Shown piece by piece: positions 11,352 through 26,225 of a stretch of DNA of 64,000 nucleotides. The stretch lies in the NCBI GenBank assembly GCA_964016885.1, contig OZ024741.1, positions 168,640,001 to 168,704,000 of the forward strand, given 5' to 3'. Numbering within the stretch: the first letter of the stretch is position 1; every line of letters begins with the position of its first letter. The position numbers were made by a program, and so were the translations under genes. The stretch is from Eledone cirrhosa. Its lineage: Eukaryota. The notes beneath the pieces are model-generated. The model was not told the DNA's origin, searched no databases, and was given only the letters and a program-made list of their open reading frames with translations.

Positions 11352-11667
11352 ATAATATAAACAAACGAAAAATCAGTGATGCATCTAGACTCAGTTTATT
11401 GCGTGTTACAATTGTTTCCCTGGCAGATAGCTCGAGGCATGATCATTGTGTGGATCTGCAGGTTCTTCGGACACATGCAATGCTTTCGGAGCAAATTTTC
11501 TTACTGGGGTTTTAGCTTCAAAAAACATCTTCCACTCTTGTCGTGCCATTGGCTGTTGTTTTTCTATGTCATCATAAATTCTGGTCACTATTGGCTGCCA
11601 CACTGGTCATCAGCTATTCTCCGTCCGACACACTTCAATGGAGTCATGTTGGGTTTGGTATCTCAAA
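11352..11667 (-). mobile_element. PLE pLTR-like repeat with a U4C hammerhead-like motif (11398-11481)
   Basis: Minus strand GUGU-CCGAAGA-ACCUGCAGAU...AUCUGCCAGG-GAAA-CAAUUG-UA-ACAC; inverted paralogue at 14335-14661. Confidence 0.7.
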
Positions 11668-11889
11668 ATTTATTTATTGTTTTTATATAATGGTATATGC
11701 GTAGACCTGTGCGTATGTATATGTATGTGTGTGTGTGTATATAGATATATATACGAGTGTGTGTATATGTATATGTATGAGTATATATATGTGTATATGT
11801 GTGTATATATATATATACATATGTGTAGTTGTGTGTGTATATACATATATATATATAGGTGTGTATGTGTGTGTATATGTGTTTGTGTA

Positions 11890-11920
<31 letters not shown>

Positions 11921-12202
11921 ACATGTCACGGGAATGTGTATGGATGGATTATATATTCATTTTATTGTATATTTCTTTTATTATATATCTATTACGGGGT
12001 CGATAAAATAAAGTACCAGTAATGTACTGGGTAATTGCTGGCCTTGTGCCTAAAGTAGAAACAATTATATATCTATTTTATTGTATATTATATTCTTATT
12101 TTATTGTATATTGTATATTTACTGTTTTTATATATGTATATGTGTAAGCATATGTGTGTGTGTAAGTACATATACATATGTGCAGGTGTGTGCATATGCG
12201 TG

Positions 12203-12249
<47 letters not shown>

Positions 12250-12518
12250 ATATGCATGTAGAGTTTTATATGTGTGTGTGAATGTATATGTAGATATGTA
12301 TGTATATGTGTATATATATATATATATGTGTATGTATATATATGCGTAAGTATGTGTGTGCGTATGTGTGTGTCTATATGTATGTATGTGTATGTGTGGG
12401 TACATATGTGTGTATGTGTGTATATATATATATATGTATGTATATATATATATATATGCGTAAGTATGTGTGTGTGTCTATATGTATGTATGTATGGGTA
12501 CATATGTGTGTATATGTG

Positions 12519-12557
<39 letters not shown>

Positions 12558-12851
12558 GTGTGTGTGTGTATGTGTGTATATATGTGTGTGTATATATACA
12601 CATATATATATATATGGTACGTGAATGTGTATGGATGCATGTATATGATTATAATATTTATATCCGTGCATGTGTAATACTAGTTACTTCTTTTAAGGTA
12701 TATGTTAAATGCATATTTAGTAAATTGTAGGTTTTTTTATAGATCCGTATGTATGTGTGCATGTACGTTTATATGTGAGTGGGTATGTGTGCGTGGGTAC
12801 AGATGTGTATGTGTGTATGTATATATATATATGCATGTGTATATATATGTG

Positions 12852-12918
<67 letters not shown>

Positions 12919-13236
12919 CGCGAAGGGTTAGTTTCGGTTATTTGTTGGAGATTTCTTCATAGAAGCCTTATTCTTATAGCCTGGTCTATTCGATTTTTTA
13001 TATAGTTAATTATGCTAATTGGGAGAGGAAATGGTATATATTTTATCTGGTGATTCTATAGACATGTTTTATGATTATATATATATATATATTATATATA
13101 TATATATATTATATATATATATATATATTTATATATATAAGGGTTAAAATACTGGAGCGTGTTGGAGTTAAACACCCTCTTCGTATTATAGAAATGAATA
13201 TATATATATATATATTAACAATTTAAATAGAACTTT

Positions 13237-13323
<87 letters not shown>

Positions 13324-14334
13324 ATGTGGGTGTATATATATATATATGTGTGTGTGTGTGTATATATATACATATACATATATAAACTTATTTTTTTACC
13401 TTTTTATTTATTTTTTTATTCTTTTACTTTTCTATTTTTTCTATTTGCTTATTTATTTATGTATTTATTTATATATCTTTATATATGTGTATGTATGCTT
13501 GCATGTATGTGTATGGACATATGTGTAAGGTTACATGGTTTATATTTGTGCAAGTATTAACAGGATGCATCCTACCATGGATGACCTTTTGTGCAGATTT
13601 ATATGACTGTGAGTATATCACATTGGAGTAAGGACAGGGATATATACATGCGTGGGTGTATCTTCTTTGTGGATGTAAGTGTACACGGAGGTAGTGGGGC
13701 GAATATTTGTTGGAATGTATGAGCCAGTGAATGTGCCTGTCTGTGTGTGTGTGTATGTGTCTATGGGGGTGGGGGTGTATGTGTGTGTAGGTACACCCAC
13801 ATAGGACAGGGTTTGGTTGTATGTTTATGTGCGTGTACATATACATATGTGTAGATATATATATACATGTCTGTGTGTGTGTGTATGTGTGTTGGTGTCT
13901 TTTGAAGTGTGTCCGTCCTTGTTGCCTAACAATAAGGACAAGGCGTCTATAGGTGTGTGTGTCTATGTATATGTCTATGCGTGTTTGTGTATATGTGCAG
14001 AAGTACGCGAACGCTGATATGTGTCCTTGTATGCGTGTACGTGTGTGTCTGCGCGTGTGCGTGCGTGTGATACCGGATGTATGAGGCTATATAGGCAGGC
14101 GTCACTGGACGTGTATTGGTGTGTATAAGAGTGTGGGTGTGCTTGGGTATGTGTAGGAGAGGGAATGTGTGTGTGTGTGTGTATATATATATATGGGTGT
14201 GTGTGTCTACACATGTGTGCGTACATATGTGTATGCATATAGGTGTATGTGTCTGCGTGTGTGTGTATGTGTATGTGTATTTGTATGTGCGTGTGTATCT
14301 GTGGGTATGTACTCGCGAGTGTGAGCGGACGTGT

Positions 14335-14661
14335 GAGATACCAAACCCAGCATGACTCCATTGAAGAGTAGCTGATGACCAGTGTGGAAGCAAATATTGA
14401 CCAGAATTTATGATGACGTAGAAAAACAACAGCCAATAGCAAGACAAGAGTGGAAGATGTTTTTTGAAGGTGTTTTTTGAAGCTAAAACCCCAGCGAGAA
14501 AATTTGCTCCGAAAGCATTGCATGTGTCCGAAGAACCTGCAGCTGTAGAATCAGGCAGATCCACACAATGAGCATGCCTCGAGCTATCAGCCGGCGAAAC
14601 ATTTGTAACACGCAATAAACTGAGTCTAGATGCATCACTGATTTTTCGTTTGTTTATATTA
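14335..14661 (+). mobile_element. Second, inverted copy of the pLTR-like repeat, with hammerhead-like motif at 14524-14611
   Basis: gtgt-CCGAAGA...GAAA-catttg-TA-acac; reverse complement of 11352-11667 with indels. Confidence 0.7.
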
Positions 14662-14743
14662 TTTACACTGTGCTCTGTAAGAACATTGAGTGCTCAACTG
14701 GCATACCGCCTATGGAAGCACCATAACTACCATTAAACACATG

Positions 14744-14782
<39 letters not shown>

Positions 14783-14785
<3 letters not shown>

Positions 14786-15399
14786 AGGTCACCAGTTGGT
14801 GCTACTGGTAACATGTATCCCAGTACAACCTGTCTCATGGTCGGGTCGTTGGCGACTAAACTGGCAACCCCACCAAGGTTTCTTGGTGAGGAGGGTGACT
14901 TTGGACATCCTGCAGGACTAAAAACAAAACCTGTCAAAGGGCAAAGGAGCTCGTAAGAGTCAATGGCCATCCAAAATCACCGGGAGAGATGATCCCTTAG
15001 CCTTTGTCAAGGCAGAATTCTAGGAGAAGGAAAACTCTGATATAACACCTGCAACCCTGATGGTATCCAATGATGTTGACTTGTTCTTCTTTTTGGTAAA
15101 TATCATCTTGGTTAAGAGAGTGGGATTGACTTTGTGCAGTGCCTTTGCTCACTATAAAAGCTTCATGGCACAGGCATTGCTTTATATCTGGAGATCTCTC
15201 TGCACTTGTCCTCACATGGTACCATGGGCCCAGCACTAAGCACTATGTGTCAGTAATTGTCACAAGTGTAGTGTTTGTACCAGAGTTGTCAAGTCGCTGG
15301 CTGGACTAAAAAGTCACACTCGTTCAGCGCATCGGTAGGGGTTCTCCTACATGGATATAAAGTAGTGGCCGTACTCGAAAACGAGTTGGCAGCCACCAT
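14783..15399 (+). mobile_element. Short non-autonomous RTE-derived element (structured 5' module plus LINE 3' end)
   Basis: 5' module shared with 54447-54582 and about 40140-40332 (minus); 3' end gcagccaccat resembles the LINE end at 7639; (TA)n flanks. Confidence 0.6.
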
Positions 15400-15992
15400 A
15401 TATATATATATATATATTGTGTGTGTATGTGTATGTGTATTTCATTTTTGCTCTTTTTGTAAGGTTCTTTGTGTAAAATTGTGTGTTGAAACAAATATGT
15501 TTTTATACTTGTTTAATGGGGAGGGCAGTGGTGGTGATGACATGTTTACCTATGGTATCGATGGTTGTGATAACCTTTTTAGCTGCCAGATCATACACCC
15601 ATTAATAAAAAAAATAGACATGATGGAGTTAAAAACCAAGATCAGAACAAAGAGAAGGTGCAAATGAGTAAGAATAGTAATTGAGAAGGCCACAGAATGT
15701 GTGATGAAAGGTCTTTAACAATTAAACAAACTGATGAATGGATTAATTAATTACCTAATTAATACTGGAGTGAAACTCGACTGGTGTATGTGTTTCTTTT
15801 GGCAGCATGACCCTTCCAAATTATAACATTATATATATATATATTGTTGGAGATGATAAGGGGCTTATATGTGGATGTTACACTGTAACACCGCAAGGGT
15901 AAGCCAGTTCAAGCAATCCAAAAGCACTTCATGTCAATAGTTTATCCCAGCTAAAAGTTGGTGATTAGGTGTGATGGAGTATTCATTTATTA

Positions 15993-16164
15993 ATTAAAAG
16001 TAGTTAAGACAGGGTTACTTTATTTCTGCCACATGCTTATGCATAGCTGCACCTGATGATTGTATGAGCATCTGATGAAGTCACATGCATAACCATGTTT
16101 CAGAAATATATATCATGAAATAAAGCAATTATGGTGAAGTAATCACGTCTTTAAAACTTTTAAT
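15993..16164. repeat. Decayed inverted repeat containing a hammerhead-like motif (16069-16117, plus strand)
   Basis: attaaaagt...acttttaat and tatttctg..acatg.ttatgcat arms; CAT-CTGATGA-agtcacatgcataaccatgtttca-GAAA-tatata-TC-ATG. Confidence 0.5.
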
Positions 16165-16231
16165 AAGTATATATATTTGTACATGCTGGTGCAGTCTTGG
16201 TTACACACTCTATTTATACAGGTCTAACTTT

Positions 16232-16266
<35 letters not shown>

Positions 16267-18484
16267 TGCATGCGCAACCATGTCATGCCATCTGTTGGCA
16301 CACTACAGAACTAGTTCAGAAACCTTTTTGGTACCAGCTCATATATATATATATATATATATATACATACATACATTATATACATGCTTTCCGTTGTGGC
16401 TCTACCATCTTAAAGTAGCTAATAATATGCTGTTTTACAACCGTAGCTGATAATACATAACCATTATGTAACAATAGCTAATAATTGTTTCTACTTTTGG
16501 CACAAGGCCAGCAATTATCCAGTACATTACTGGTACTTTATAAATAGCTAATATACAACCACAACTAATAATATTTAACTTTTATGTAACCATAGCTAAC
16601 ATTTATGAAATAGGATTGCACAGTGTGTACATGGGGTCTGTAAGCTGTGGAGAAGGCATCTTGTATAGTAGAGCAATTACTCTGAATGAAGATGATTAAA
16701 GATTTGTGTACTTATATAGCCCAGTTTTTAATTCTAAAGTAAAATCTAAGAAGTTTATAATTTTATTATTTCTATCAATAGTACAGCTTATTTTTTTAAT
16801 CTATGTAAATTTTTCTTCATTTTCTCTAGGTCAGAATACATAAGTATCATCTCTATATACTACCACTCTATTAAATTAGGAAATTCATCATACAATTTAA
16901 ATAATTAATACAAATCAACAAGATCCGTGACTTTAACAGAATTATTTCATCTGGTGTTAATGTCGCAGATTAATCATCTTAGGGCTATAACTAATTTAAT
17001 AGTGTCCCTAATATGATATATACATTGTCAGCAAATGAATAAATATTTAACCAAAATGCAGGCTATTGTAATGAAGCCTTAGTTATGTCAGGTTATAAGA
17101 TAAAATAATATATTTTAATGATAACACTAAAAACTAAAGAACTTGGGTATGTAATACTGTTAGGGTAAAGAGCAGAAATAATATTGTAGTAAGCTAGATA
17201 ATAATGCATGGACTAATAGTAATAGTCAATTCTCAGAAACTCACATAACATATAATGGATCTCATAGAGTAAGGGGCCTTTGGAGGTCCCTTTTAAGTGA
17301 TTTAAATAATCACACCAACACTAAACAAATGATAATGTTGAATAAATAAACATTGATGTCCCTTGTCATGACATGGTGAGAGTATATTAAAATTCATAGA
17401 AAAATGAGAAAACTAAATGCTAGAATAGCTGTTAAAACAGCCAAATGCCGTCAAAGACAGCAGTGGGCAAAATACCTCAAAACAGAGACCAGCAGTCAGC
17501 AGAAAGTCAATCTACATGGTGGGCGACGGGCAGATGAAACATAGAAAACATTGAGAGAGGAGCAGGACAAGGAAAATAATATTTTAAACCTTATAAATGA
17601 TACTTTTGAGTATAATATTCTCCTTGATGATAGTAGTAGAAGTCTACCATAAATTAATGAGAAAATAGATGAAATACATAAAAGCTATTTTTGTTATATT
17701 ATGCATAAGAATTTCCCGTGTGACTATAGATACAATAAGTTTCTTATTAAAAATACAATTAAACTTTCATTTTCTACTACACCCTAAGTTAGCTGACTGT
17801 ATAGCTATTAGCTACCCAGGAAAATGAAAGAATATACAGATAAGTCCAATATCAATAGAAGCAATTATAAATAATCCATTAGCTAATTTAGATAAATAAA
17901 ACTAAAACAGTAAATGATGAATCTAATGATAATATTGATTCTAACTCTTCCATTAACAAGTGACCAGGATAAGGAACCTCTAATATCCACAAATATATAA
18001 ATGTACTCTTATCACTGTAAATAACAGAAACTATTATATAGATGCCACTTCTAATTCATTTAAGAAAACGGTATTATTGACAAAATAAGAAAAGCACTAC
18101 ATCATTTGTACAGTTTATTTGGGATTTACGTTGTTCCAGTATTCAATATAGCCGTTAGTTGTCAATTATTAATACAGCCAAACCTTACAAAGAAAATCGG
18201 TCTGAATGTAATCTGTGCTTTACTGAGGTTCTATAATAACTATGAATAATTCTAAACTGTTTAATGAGAAGAACAAAGTTCTTTTTTCCTATACACATAA
18301 ATTTCCTTTTATTTTCGCTAGAATGGTCTATGATCCTACATATGTATCATAAATATTTTTCTATTAAGGGGATTTATGATCACATCTTGAAATGATCTAG
18401 TCTTCATTTTCAAAATTTTAGGTCTAAACTCTATGAAAATGGTCTCCTTAACTTACTTGGGGCTTAAACTTCGACATATAATAA

Positions 18485-18860
18485 ATCATCATCATCATCA
18501 TCATCATTTTACATCCGCTTGTCCCTGCTTGCAAGGGTTGGACGGATCCTATTCAGCACAGCATCTCTCCACTTGTCACGGTCCTTTGTCATCACCTCGG
18601 TGAGTTTCAGCGATCTGAGATCTGCTCTCACCACCTCCGCCCATGTGTTTCGTGGTCTACCTCTACTGCGTCTTCCTTCTACTGGGATTTCTTGGCACTT
18701 CTTTACCCAACAGTCATCGTCCATGCTCATCACATGTCCATACCATCTCAGCCTTCTCTCCTGCACACCACAACTTATCCCTCTTATACCCAGTTTCTTT
18801 CTCAACTAGTCCATGCTTGGTCGTTCATGCACATTGACATTGCACATCCAACGGAGCACA
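18485..18860 (-). mobile_element. RTE LINE 3' end, short-tail family
   Basis: ORF 18509-18805 RKKLGIRGISCGVQERRLRWYGHVM...GRPRNTWAEVV; (GAT)n tail. Confidence 0.9.
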
Positions 18861-19227
18861 CTTTATGAATTTTTAGATCCTTTATTTTAATGTAATAATA
18901 TATTGAAGGCTACAATTCTCTAATTAATTACCTATTTACAGATAGCAAACATTTGATATATCCTTAATTTCTTATTTCTAATTTCATCTGAATTTTCATT
19001 AAAGTAGATAGCTGTTTAATATCTTATTATTCTTTAAGAAAATAATCAATATTTATTATCTTTTTATTTATATTCTTTTACTCTTTTATCGTATATTTTA
19101 AAATTCTATTCATATATGTTTTTCTTGTTTTTCTTTTCTTTTATATTTTTTATATTACTCTTATCATATCTTGCGACCCTAAATGTGATTATATGTAATG
19201 TCTGCTATATCTTCTTACCTGATCGTT

Positions 19228-20990
19228 TATCATCATCATCCTGTAATGCTGATTGCAGGAATCACCATGACTTTCCCTTTCCATCAGTATTAGTTATCTA
19301 TCCTCATTGCAGATCCTCCAGATTTGGAATGCCCATGCTTTGTTTCTCATAACAACACATTGCTGACAACTCTTTCCTTTGCTTTCCAGCAGTATTCTGT
19401 GACTCTGGTTTGTCTCTCTCAGATGGCATATAAGAGTGCAGGTAGATGACCGTAAAGTTGCTTTTTTGTAGGATATGTTTATGCATTTGATCAAATTTCT
19501 TCTTGAGTTGCTTAGTGGGTGTCTATGCAGTACAACCATACAGCAGGATTAACTTCACTGTTGCTTGGAAAATTTCGTGCTTCTTTGTTTGAGAAGCTTC
19601 AGTTTTCAAATTGTAGTTACTTTAACCAAGGCATCGCAAGCTTTGCTGATATGTGTGTTTACAACACTTTCAGTAAGACCTTGCTTTGAAATCTTGTTTC
19701 TGATCAACTTCTCTCAAGGTTTACTGGCTAGTAAATTTATACCCTCATCCTGATTGTAACACATGTATTCTAACATGTTCACATTCACATAAAATCTGAT
19801 ACCTTGGGCTGCTCTTGCCAAACTATGGAGCAGAGATTCTGCTTCATGTGCTGTATATGATATCATTGCAAGAGCATCTGTATAATTAGCATTAATAATT
19901 GTCTCAGCCAGGTAGCATCTGATTCACCTCATGGTTTCAGAGTGTAGCCATTCTCTTTCCTTTTGTCAACTAACATTCAAATCCTGACAAATTATGAATA
20001 GGTAAGGGGCTGGTATACCACTCTGTAAAACGCCAGCTTCCTTGTGTGCACTGACAACATTTTTATATTCATCATCAAGTGTACTCATCTCTTAGATATT
20101 TTCAGGGCTTCAAACCTGTTTTATAAAGTGAGGGCATTCACATTGCAGATGTCTGCGTTTGCAAGTAAAGACCAGGCATAGCACTTTGATCTAGTTGCTT
20201 GTTTTTTTTTATTCTTTGCTGACTAAATCTAATCATAGCTGAGATAATTCTGTGCTCAGAAGAAATGTTGAATAGGTAGTTTGAGTTCTGGAGCTGTTGG
20301 AATATGTGATAATTCATAACTTCTCTTTCACTTTTGATATCTCGTGTTTAGGCATATAAGTCCATTTTCTGCAAATCATACATTCAAATAATATTCACCA
20401 TTCCTATTTGTTTGCATCATTCTGACCAGTATGATCATTCATATCCCCGCCAATCATCAAAACATTGTTTGGCAACTTGGTGTACAAGAGATAACTCGTG
20501 ATAGAAAGTGACATCTGTTTTAGAAAATGAATGTAGCAGGAAAGTACTGTTATATGAGGAATGCAATTACAAGTTGCTAAAGAGAAGCATTACTACACCT
20601 TCTATGATAGAGTTGTTGGAGCTTTTCCATGCAGATGTCTATGTAAAAGTCAATCCATTTCCAACATCGAAATATTTAAGCCCCAGTTCACCATCATATG
20701 TCACAGTTCGGTTTAACAGCAAATACGGTAAGCTCAGGTAGTTGGTTGATAGGATTGAAGGCACGGACACTGAAGGTTGGTATGGTAGTGTATGTTTTGC
20801 ATTTATGTTAGCTGATTTTCTGAATGCTGTGGCCAAAGTCAGTACCTCAGCAGAACACACCACTGGTTAGGCTGAGTGTCTGACTTGAATTTATGTCATG
20901 TTGATATCTTGTTGGATATGTTCTCATCTGCGCAGTTAACCTCAGTGACACCATTTCCCTATCTGCCACCTGGGGATCCATCCAGTTGGA
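19228..20990 (-). mobile_element. Heavily decayed RTE-like LINE
   Basis: Minus-strand ISKACDAL and similar RT C-terminal remnants; gatgatgat tail near 19230. Confidence 0.5.
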
Positions 20991-21019
20991 ATTATCTCTC
21001 CTCCATAACTATTCTAAAA

Positions 21020-21337
21020 CCGTGTCTTTAAATCTTTGAAATAATGTCTTTTGAAGTAATGTTTCTTCAAATATACTTTACTCCAGCTTTTTCAACCCAA
21101 CAGTGAAATAACATTTGTTTAGATAAATTTATTTAAATCAGGTATTGAAATAACTTTTATTCAAATTTACTTTACTCTATTTTCAAAACAACATTGTATA
21201 TTATATACTGTATAACACTATGCCCTGTAGTGAAATAAGGTTTCTTTGAAATAATATATCTTTAATCCTGGAAGACGCTTCAGCTGGTATTGAAATAATG
21301 TTTCTTTAAATATCTTTTTTCTTTTAACCCATAACTC

Positions 21338-21422
<85 letters not shown>

Positions 21423-21960
21423 ATGATAAAAAGGAAGTGTGATAGAGATATATAGGGAAAAAATCGATCTCAGTACTTGACTGATATATTTTTATCGATT
21501 TGAACTTAGAGCGCAGACAGCCATAATGCACACCACAAAGCATTCTATCCAACGTTCTAACAACTCTGCCAATTTGCTGTCTCCTCTTCAATTTGCTTTA
21601 TTTTCAAAACAGCATTATATAATGTTATGTCATATAGTGAAATAACGTTTCTATGAATTGTTTCAATCTGAATTAATGTCTTTAACTCTTGGAAAATGGT
21701 ACATCCGGTATCAAAATAACGTTTCTTCAAATTTATTTTACTCTATTATCAAAACAGCAGTGTATAAAACAAAGATTTACAGTGAAATAATGTTTCTTTA
21801 AATCCTTTCTATCTCTTTGAAATAATGGGCCTTTAAAACCTGGAAAACTTTACAAACAATATTAAAATGACGTTTCTTTAGTTTTACTTTACTCTATTTT
21901 CAACGCATCATTAAGTAACGCTATGTCCTGCAGTGAAATAACGTTTCTTAAAATTAAGAA
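21020..21960. repeat. Degenerate AT-rich tandem repeat interrupted by (AG)n and a SINE
   Basis: Recurrent gaaataa(c/t)gtttctt and ttactctattttcaa motifs. Confidence 0.6.
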
Positions 21961-22283
21961 ATTAAAGTTAAAGTTACATTTTAGGAATCAAGGAATTAAA
22001 AATTGATGATTAAAAATTAGAGATTAAAATTAAATGTTTAAAAATTTAATTAATGAATAAGGATAACATGTTGGTGCATTAATATAAGTATTTGAGTCAT
22101 AATCAGTGTGTTTGTAATGTGAAGAAAAGAGTTGCACAGTACCAACACCAACAGGAATGACCCTATAGTCACTGCAGGTCCTGAGACCTATCAACCCTTC
22201 TGGGTATAATTTCATATCCATGATTAACCTTGCAGATTATCCAATTCTATCCACTGGTGAACCACTAAACTTAAATGAATAAT

Positions 22284-22467
22284 TGTTTCTACTTTAGGCA
22301 CAAGGCCAGCAACTACCCAGTACATTACTGGTACTTTATTTTATCGACCCCGTAAGGATGAAAGGCAAAGTTAACCTCGGCGGGATTTGAACTCAGACTG
22401 TAAAGGGACGTAACTATACTAGAAAGCATGGCGTCCAACCCTCTACCGATACTGCCAATTCACCGCC
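22284..22467 (-). mobile_element. Full-length MetaSINE-like tRNA SINE with target-site duplication
   Basis: A/B-box head and Meta-like core; TSD cttaaatgaataat at 22270-22283 and 22468-22481. Confidence 0.9.
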
Positions 22468-22659
22468 CTTAAATGAATAATGCTCCTTATACAGACGAGC
22501 ACTTTATGATGTAACAGAGAACAGAGGGCCTGATACCAATGTGGGACTACTGCCACCAGGGGACTAATACCACCCCAGTATGATAGTAACGGCTTAAATA
22601 TATATATACACATGTTCATGCACACAGGCATACGTTTATATGAATATTTATTTTGTTGA

Positions 22660-23710
22660 TAGATCTATGCATGCGTACAGGATTAATTTTGCACACCACA
22701 CATAACTAAGAATGTAGGCTTCACATGTAGCAGCTGTGCTGTGACAGCAAGCAGCAAACAGCCACATGAAACAAGTACCATCAAACTCTGGTAGGGCTCT
22801 GTAGAAACAGTAGACAGCTTCTGCTACCTAGGTGACCGAATTAGCAGCGGAGGTGGGTGTTTGGAAAGTACAATAACTAGGGTAAGAACGGGATGGAAGA
22901 AGTTCAGGGAGCTACTGCCACTGCTAGCTGCAAAAGGCTTTTCCCTCAAAATGAAAGGCAGACTGTATGATGCATGTATACGAACAGCAATGTTACATGG
23001 TAGTGAGACCTGGGCGCTGTCTCTGTGGAAGACTTGCGTAGATTAGAAAGAAACGAAGCCTGCATGCTCCGATGGATGGGTAATAGTAATATACGCGAAT
23101 GGCAAAGCATAAATAAATTGAGAGAGAGACTGAGTATAAGAGGAATCAAATGCTGTGTGCAGGAGAGGTGGTTGCATTGGTATGGACATGTGATGTGTAT
23201 TACAGCTGCATAAAAAGGTGCAGAGCACTAGAAGTCGATGGAAACCGCGGAGTGGGGAGAGCCCAGAAGACCTGGGAATAGGTGATAAAAGCCGACCGTA
23301 CCCAATTACACCTCTCAAAGGCGATGACACACGACCGTGACTTCTGGCATCATGCAGTAATACAGAAGACCCACACCCCCCACGGGTACAAGCCAAAGCT
23401 GAAGCATATAGACAATATGCCCCCACACCCTCCCACTGCAAAGTGGTCGTGGAGGTGCCATGGTAAAAAAGCACCCAGCCCACACTGTAAAGTGGACGTG
23501 TAGGCACCACGGAAAAAAGCACCCAGCACTCACTGTAAATGAGGTTGGTGTTAGGAAGGGCATCCAGCTGTAGAAATCAAGCCTGAATCAGTTCCCGTAT
23601 GAGCAAGTCATGGTCAGCCTACCGGACACTGCCCACAACAGGACAACCCGTCTAACCCATGCTAGCGTGGAAGAACGGACGTAAAACGATGATGATGATG
23701 ATGATGATGA
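22660..23710 (+). mobile_element. RTE LINE 3' portion, long-3'-UTR family
   Basis: RVRTGWKKFRELLPLL...GRLYDACIRTAMLHGSETW and EDLRRLERNEACMLRWM; about 48-bp UTR repeats; (GAT)n tail. Confidence 0.9.
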
Positions 23711-23774
23711 CACTGGTTCAACAAAGAATTGAACAGAATTCTATTAGCAGGTATATCTATTTTTGATTTTTTCA

Positions 23775-24170
23775 GAATTAAATCATCTGAAGAGAAATCC
23801 ATTATGTTAACGATGACCATATGAATCAATTGAAGGGCTATCCACTATTCTTTTGGACTTTGAAACTGCAGTGAGGATAAAATTAGTGATACATCTCAGA
23901 GAACAGAAGGCATGCACAATTATGGAAATCAGCTGCCCAGCAGATGTTAATATAGTGTGCTAAAGATTAGTAACATTAATGCTGACGTATTAAAGAATCT
24001 GCAGATACTTCACCCTGACTATACATTTAGATTTGTACCTACGGTCATTGGGGCTCTGGGATATGTTAATAACTGCTTGAGTACAAATATTGAGGAAGTT
24101 GTAAGTACAGTTCATTAATGGAACTGTAAGAATATGTAAAAAAATTTCAAAAATTAAGCATGCAGTAACT
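23775..24170 (+). mobile_element. R4/Dong-like LINE restriction-like endonuclease remnant
   Basis: CTIMEISCPADVNI...KNLQILHPDYTFRFVPTVIGALGYV, typical REL C-terminus, with stops. Confidence 0.7.
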
Positions 24171-24537
24171 GCATATACACATGTATAGATACAGAAACAT
24201 ATGCACATGTACACAAATAACACAAAACATACACATCCACACATGCAATAAGACCCATATCTGCACACATATACACACAAACACATAGAGAATGTCCATA
24301 GCTTAGTAGAGTGTGTGTACGGGACATGGCTTTTACTGTTTCTTAGTAACTACAACTTATTCTATTTATTCACAGTCTTTAGTTTGGTTTATTTATTCTG
24401 AAATACATTCTCTTATTCTCATCTTCTGATATCATGGTATTCTATACTTTTGCTTAATCTTAACTAATTGCCTCCATGACATAATAGAAATGAACTAGTT
24501 ATATATGCACATACATATTATATATATATATAATATG

Positions 24538-24592
<55 letters not shown>

Positions 24593-24949
24593 ATATATAT
24601 ATATATATATGTATATATGTATATATATACATACACACATACATTGTAACAATTATATGTGCAGCCAGCAGACAAATTCTTGAATGACTTCAAAAGAAAT
24701 AAGGAAAATAAACCTACTTCCTAATTTGACAGGAAAATCGAATTACTGTAAGTAATAACTAAGACTGTACATGACTAACAATTGAAATCTCAGAAAATTT
24801 GGTACATGTATGAATTTTTATCATTATTTTTTATGTTTTATTTTTGTTTATTTTTGTTGTTGGGTTTACTTTAAGTAAAGCTACTTAAGATTATTGCTTA
24901 TGTAATGTCAATTTAAACAATCGGCAGCATGGAAGAGCTCTCAGCTTTA

Positions 24950-26225
<1,276 letters not shown>

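Noticed and set aside
16850-18300. Possible old LINE body
   Set aside because: Only faint motif-like traces and no ORF of 60 aa or more; family cannot be assigned.
22380-22467. tRNA gene (also 62160-62227)
   Set aside because: A/B boxes belong to SINE heads attached to SINE cores; no full cloverleaf.
24665-24753. Possible host exon (gcag...gtaagt)
   Set aside because: Weak acceptor, no recognisable peptide and no partner exons; cannot be supported without RNA data.
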